Of a stretch of DNA of 64,000 bases, positions 58,792 through 64,000 are shown in pieces. The position numbers and the translations under genes were made by a program. Below the pieces are notes generated by a model, which was given only the letters and a program-made list of their open reading frames with translations, had not been told where the DNA came from and ran no database searches. This DNA comes from Octopus vulgaris (taxonomy: Eukaryota): NCBI GenBank assembly GCA_951406725.2, contig OX597835.1, forward strand, positions 4,402,001-4,466,000, in the 5' to 3' direction. Position 1 is the stretch's first letter, and each line of letters opens with the position of its first letter.

Positions 58792-58883
58792 CCTATTTAT
58801 TTATCTATCTATTTATCGCAATTTATATATTTATTTATTTATATTTGTATACATACATGCATGAATGCATATATGTGTGCGTG

Positions 58884-58921
<38 letters not shown>

Positions 58922-59836
58922 AAAGCACACACATACATACCCCCCCCCATATATATATATATATATATATATATGGACCTTTATAAACTTTCAAGTAGAC
59001 AAAGAATAAATCTAATTTTCCTTTCTGTACCGATGAAAAATATATACATCATGTTGTTTTTATCATCATGGCAAAATGAATTCATGCCGGAAACACTGGG
59101 TAGTTGTAGCTGACAAGGTTTTTGTGTTGTTTTTTTTTTTAATAATAACGATGGTAATGATGATGATAATGATGATGATGATAATATATTGATATATAAT
59201 TGTGGACTTAGAAAAATACACACATCTATATTTTTTAATATATATATATACCTATATACACCTGTATATATTTGTGTGTGTCATTGTGTGCTTGTACTTG
59301 TGCGTGAGTATGTATACACACAGACACACAGACACTTATATATGTATGTATATATATATATATATATGTGTGTCTGTGTATATATGTATGTATATATTTA
59401 CTCATCAGTATGTATCAGTTTGTATGTTTGTGTTTGTCACAATTCTCAATATTTGCAAGAAACAAAGCAATACTTCCAAATGATATATATATATGTATAT
59501 GTTTATGTATAATTTATATATTTATACGTATGTATATATGTGTCTACATATATATATATTCATATATATATATTGTGTTTATTAAATAATATTTATGCCT
59601 CACCAGTTCGAGTACATTTTTTTGCTGATCTTACTATCACAGAAAAGTACACTATATATGTATATCTATATCTATATGTATGTAAGTATGTATGTATGTA
59701 TGTATATACAGTGAGAGAGAGAATGAGAGAAAGAAAGGAAGAAAGAAAGAAAGATGTGTGTGTATGTATCTGAAAATATATATATATATGCGCACGTATA
59801 TGTTTATACTTGTAAAATCCTGCATATGTGTGTGTG

Positions 59837-59867
<31 letters not shown>

Positions 59868-59877
59868 GGAGAGATAG

Positions 59878-59992
<115 letters not shown>

Positions 59993-60105
59993 CAGATATA
60001 TTGCGTAGTGCAATCAGTCCAACATGGTGGAAACAATCGGTTAAAAAGAAGACTCTAAACTGACAATGCTATACAAATATTGTCCGAAAACAACAATTGT
60101 TGCAT

Positions 60106-60307
60106 GTTCTTTTCTGCTCTAGACAATAGGCCTGATTTTTTGATTAGATCGGACCCCCGGTACGCAAATGGTACTTATTTAATCGACCCCGAAATAATGG
60201 AAGGCAAAGTCGACCTCGGCGGAATTTGAACCCAGAACGTAAAGACAGATGAAATATAGTTAAGCATTTCGCCCAACGTGTAAACGTTTCTGCCAGTTTG
60301 CTGCCTT
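60106..60307 (-). mobile_element. SINE family A with 13 bp TSD
   Basis: ACAATTGTTGCAT at 60093-60105 and 60308-60320. Confidence 0.88.
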
Positions 60308-60465
60308 ACAATTGTTGCATATTATTTTGACAATGAAGTGTATAAAATGCACATGCGTACACGTATATACCTATATATACGTATTAGTATTTGTGTGTAT
60401 GTATACACACACACACACACATATATATGATTCTTTTGTATAGACCTAATAAATGTTACGCATCA

Positions 60466-60515
<50 letters not shown>

Positions 60516-60619
60516 TATATAGATATAGATATATATATATATATACATATATATATACATTTGTTTATATTTACTACATAAATACATATATATATGCATT
60601 CATATATATACATACATAC

Positions 60620-60678
<59 letters not shown>

Positions 60679-61371
60679 TCATATAGTTAATTCGAGGAAG
60701 TTATGTCCTCATTAGGGATTATATAATCCAAGATATTCCGCTGGTTAATCTCTATCATATAGTGCGAAAGTCACTGGTATATGTTAGGGAATATCGAAAT
60801 TATATATTATCAGTACTGAAGGGAAAAGAAAATGGAGAAAAAATATATATATATATACACATAGGAGGGTCGACTTCTAGCTTAATGGATGTCCACTTAG
60901 TGGTCATCCTCCTTATATGTATGTAATATAATTTTTCTGAATCTTTTGATTTTTCTGTATGTTAGATCACTGGTTTTAAATTGCTATTAATCAAATTAAT
61001 ATTCAAATATTCACCCTTATTATTTCAAATTTATATATATTTATTTAGATATGCATGTATATATATAAGTATACATGTATGTAGGTAGGTAGATAGATAG
61101 ATAGACACATACGTGTTTATATGTGTGTGTGTGAGTTACTTTAAAAATGCAAATATTCTTAATATTAAATTTATATATATTTAATAATATTTACAAGCGA
61201 ATGGTGTTCGGTGTTCTGTAATAATATGTAATAACCAATTACAATTCTGATGTTCGGACTGAAAATCACTTACAAAATGTACTTTTGTATTTTTGTATAT
61301 AATATTAAAAAAAAAGCCTTGCCTATTTGCAACCGCTATATAATAGTGTGTATATCCAATACACACACACA

Positions 61372-61415
<44 letters not shown>

Positions 61416-61726
61416 GTATGTATGTTTGTATATTTGTTTATGTGTATTTATGCGTGAATGGATGCGTGCAAGAATCCATTGTCTTTCCATTTCCTGGAAA
61501 GTAGTATATTTCTTGGATGTTTCCATGGGAAACTACAAAGATAGGACATTCGACAATGTCCTTTTCTAGATCCTTACTGCTTAACAGGTGAGCAATTCCG
61601 TTTACACAAAGGGCCGCTCTGTCGTAATTCAATAGCACTCCATTATCCTGAAGTGGTCTTAGGACGAGCTAGTTCACCATAACAAAAATTTCTATGCCCG
61701 CGCACACATACATAGAATTTGCTTTC

Positions 61727-61766
<40 letters not shown>

Positions 61767-61834
61767 ATGTGTATTTGTATATATATACATAGATATATTT
61801 GTGTGTGTATATATAAACACACATATTTGTATGC

Positions 61835-61944
<110 letters not shown>

Positions 61945-62014
61945 ACTCACACACACAAATTTATATATCATCATCATCATCATCATCGTCATCATCACTA
62001 TTATTATTATCATT

Positions 62015-62325
62015 GATTTGACTCAGGTTCGTTCTTAATTCATGGAAGAACTTATGCTGATAGCATGTTACTAGCTGTAACCTTAGATATCCATAATCCT
62101 TCAATAGTCTTTTAATTGCTTAAGACTCTTAAGACTCACCTGATAATCTCTCCTCTTCCTAAGGGCCAAACTTTCTGCAGAACTTCTACAGGGCATTCTG
62201 TTCCAATCCCCTTCAAACTGTTGTCTATATATTTGCTTAGTTCCCAGGGCACCAATTATCATAGGCACTACCGTTACAGTTTTTATATTCCAAGTTCTTG
62301 TAATTTCAAATCTTAAGGGATTGTG
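62015..62325 (-). mobile_element. 3' fragment of an R4/Dong-like non-LTR retrotransposon (restriction-like endonuclease C-terminus)
   Basis: Minus-strand translation gives PLRFEITRTWNIKTVTVVPMIIGALGT...EVLQKV. Both ends are embedded in (TAA)n/(TGA)n tracts, the known target type of Dong elements. Confidence 0.75.
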
Positions 62326-62356
62326 TTATTATTTAAGGGATTCGTTATTATTTTTA

Positions 62357-62424
<68 letters not shown>

Positions 62425-62861
62425 GTGGAACAATAGCCCTCAAAGCTATAAGATATTAGGTGTGCTTCGAGATCCATTGACGCCTCAAATAATTATTTCT
62501 TGTTTTCTCGGTTTTTAAAAATTTTTTGTGACATCAACAACATATATGTGTAAATGTATATGTATGTCTGTGTGTGCGTGCCTCTGTGTGTGTGTGTGTG
62601 TGTGTGCCCGACCGTGTATGTGTGTGTATTGTTTGCCTCCAAAGACGGTATATAATATGGTAGAAATAAAAATGGTGTATCCTTTGATACAACGTCGCAC
62701 AACGTCGTATATTATGAAAAATTGAATAAGAATGGTTTTTTTAAAAAAATTATTTTACGTCGTTTAAAAATCGAAGACGATTTGTAATTATGGAATCATA
62801 AAACTGGAAAATAATTATAAAAGAAAGTCATCCTTATTAATTTTTTTCATATATAAATACG

Positions 62862-62900
<39 letters not shown>

Positions 62901-63099
62901 ATATTTATTATATATGTATGTATATACATATATTTGTATATACATACATATATAATAAATATATATATATATATATATATATTTGTATATATGTATATAT
63001 ATATATTAATATATATATTTATTATATATGTATGTATATACATATATATGTATATAAATGTATATATATATACATATATATATATGTATGTATATAAAT

Positions 63100-63150
<51 letters not shown>

Positions 63151-63400
63151 TGTATATTTCCATTCAAATACACGTGTCTATGGAATACTCAACCACTTAC
63201 AATAAAAATTCAAGAGCAGAGAATTCAGCCTATCAAACAACTAAATTCTCATTGTCGGGCGGCAATGATCCTACGAAAAAACACATACAGACATAAAGGC
63301 TTAGGTACACACGCACGCGCGCGCACACAAAGACACACACACACACACACATCCTTGCACATGTACGTATCCCTGTTTTATTTATAGTATTGTGTATATA

Positions 63401-63600
63401 CAGGGATGGCCAAAAATCACCCGACAGTAAGTCAAGACCATTTAATTCCAAGATTTATTTATGTTTAACAACAGAATGAATTCAACAAAAACGTTTAGAT
63501 ATGAAACATCGTGAAAATTGTTTAAACTGAAGTCCTTCTCTGGTGACACATTTTCCCCTTTAAATCAATACAGAATTACAGATAGTATTTATGGAATTTT
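63401..63600 (-). mobile_element. Probable Tc1/mariner right end
   Basis: TA|CAGGGATGGCCAAAA terminus. Minus-strand ICNSVL..KCVTREGLQF resembles a transposase C-terminus. Confidence 0.45.
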
Positions 63601-63693
63601 GGTTTACTATCAGGTGGCTTTTGACCAATCCTGTATATTTACTAATGTACTATGTATATATTATGCATATAAAATACACACATATATCCATTC

Positions 63694-63711
63694 TGCCCCT
63701 ATGCTCCGTCG

Positions 63712-63765
<54 letters not shown>

Positions 63766-63783
63766 CGACGGAGCATAGGGGCA
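63694..63783. repeat. Perfect 90 bp palindrome with a (TA)26 centre
   Basis: TGCCCCTATGCTCCGTCGT-(TA)26-ACGACGGAGCATAGGGGCA. Confidence 0.93.
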
Positions 63784-64000
63784 AAGCAGTGTTTAGGTTT
63801 GGGCAGAGAGATGGCGACATTCAATAAACTGGATGTTTTGATGTCTTCACACCTTTTTACCATAAGAGGGATTTTACCTCCACCATATCTGCAGTTGAAA
63901 TATGTGACAAACATATTTCAACTAACCTAAATCCTGGTCATATATATATTATATATATATATCTGTGTGTGTATGTGTGTATATATATATATATATATAT

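Noticed and set aside
60685-60730. Hammerhead-like CTAATGA..GAA on the minus strand
   Set aside because: Both core boxes are mutated and there is no convincing stem I or III.

Overview
Eukaryotic (animal) genomic DNA that is AT-rich and saturated with microsatellites, tRNA-derived SINEs and decayed transposons. The repeat landscape looks like an octopod cephalopod; this is an inference, not verified. The only credible host gene is the first coding exon of a ladybird/Lbx-type NK homeobox gene (54226-56044, +). It has an Lbx-type eh1 motif (NKPFTAFSIKDIL) and the SPLDALMEMANKTFEGL box, followed by a phase-1 GTAAGT donor; the homeobox exon lies outside the window. About 530 codons of in-frame trinucleotide-repeat sequence separate the two motifs. 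The other 54 kb upstream and 8 kb of intron hold at least 4 SINE families (several with target-site duplications, TSDs), a mariner pseudogene, a Tigger/pogo fragment, a non-autonomous Helitron, a Tc1-type MITE, an R4/Dong-like LINE tail and Penelope-like remnants. The most unusual recurrent signal is a set of fold-back (inverted-repeat) elements sitting in (TA)n tracts, several carrying hammerhead-ribozyme-like cores, probably Penelope/Neptune-derived. Nearly all other ORFs in the track are microsatellite translation artefacts. All calls were made by eye and repeat boundaries are approximate.
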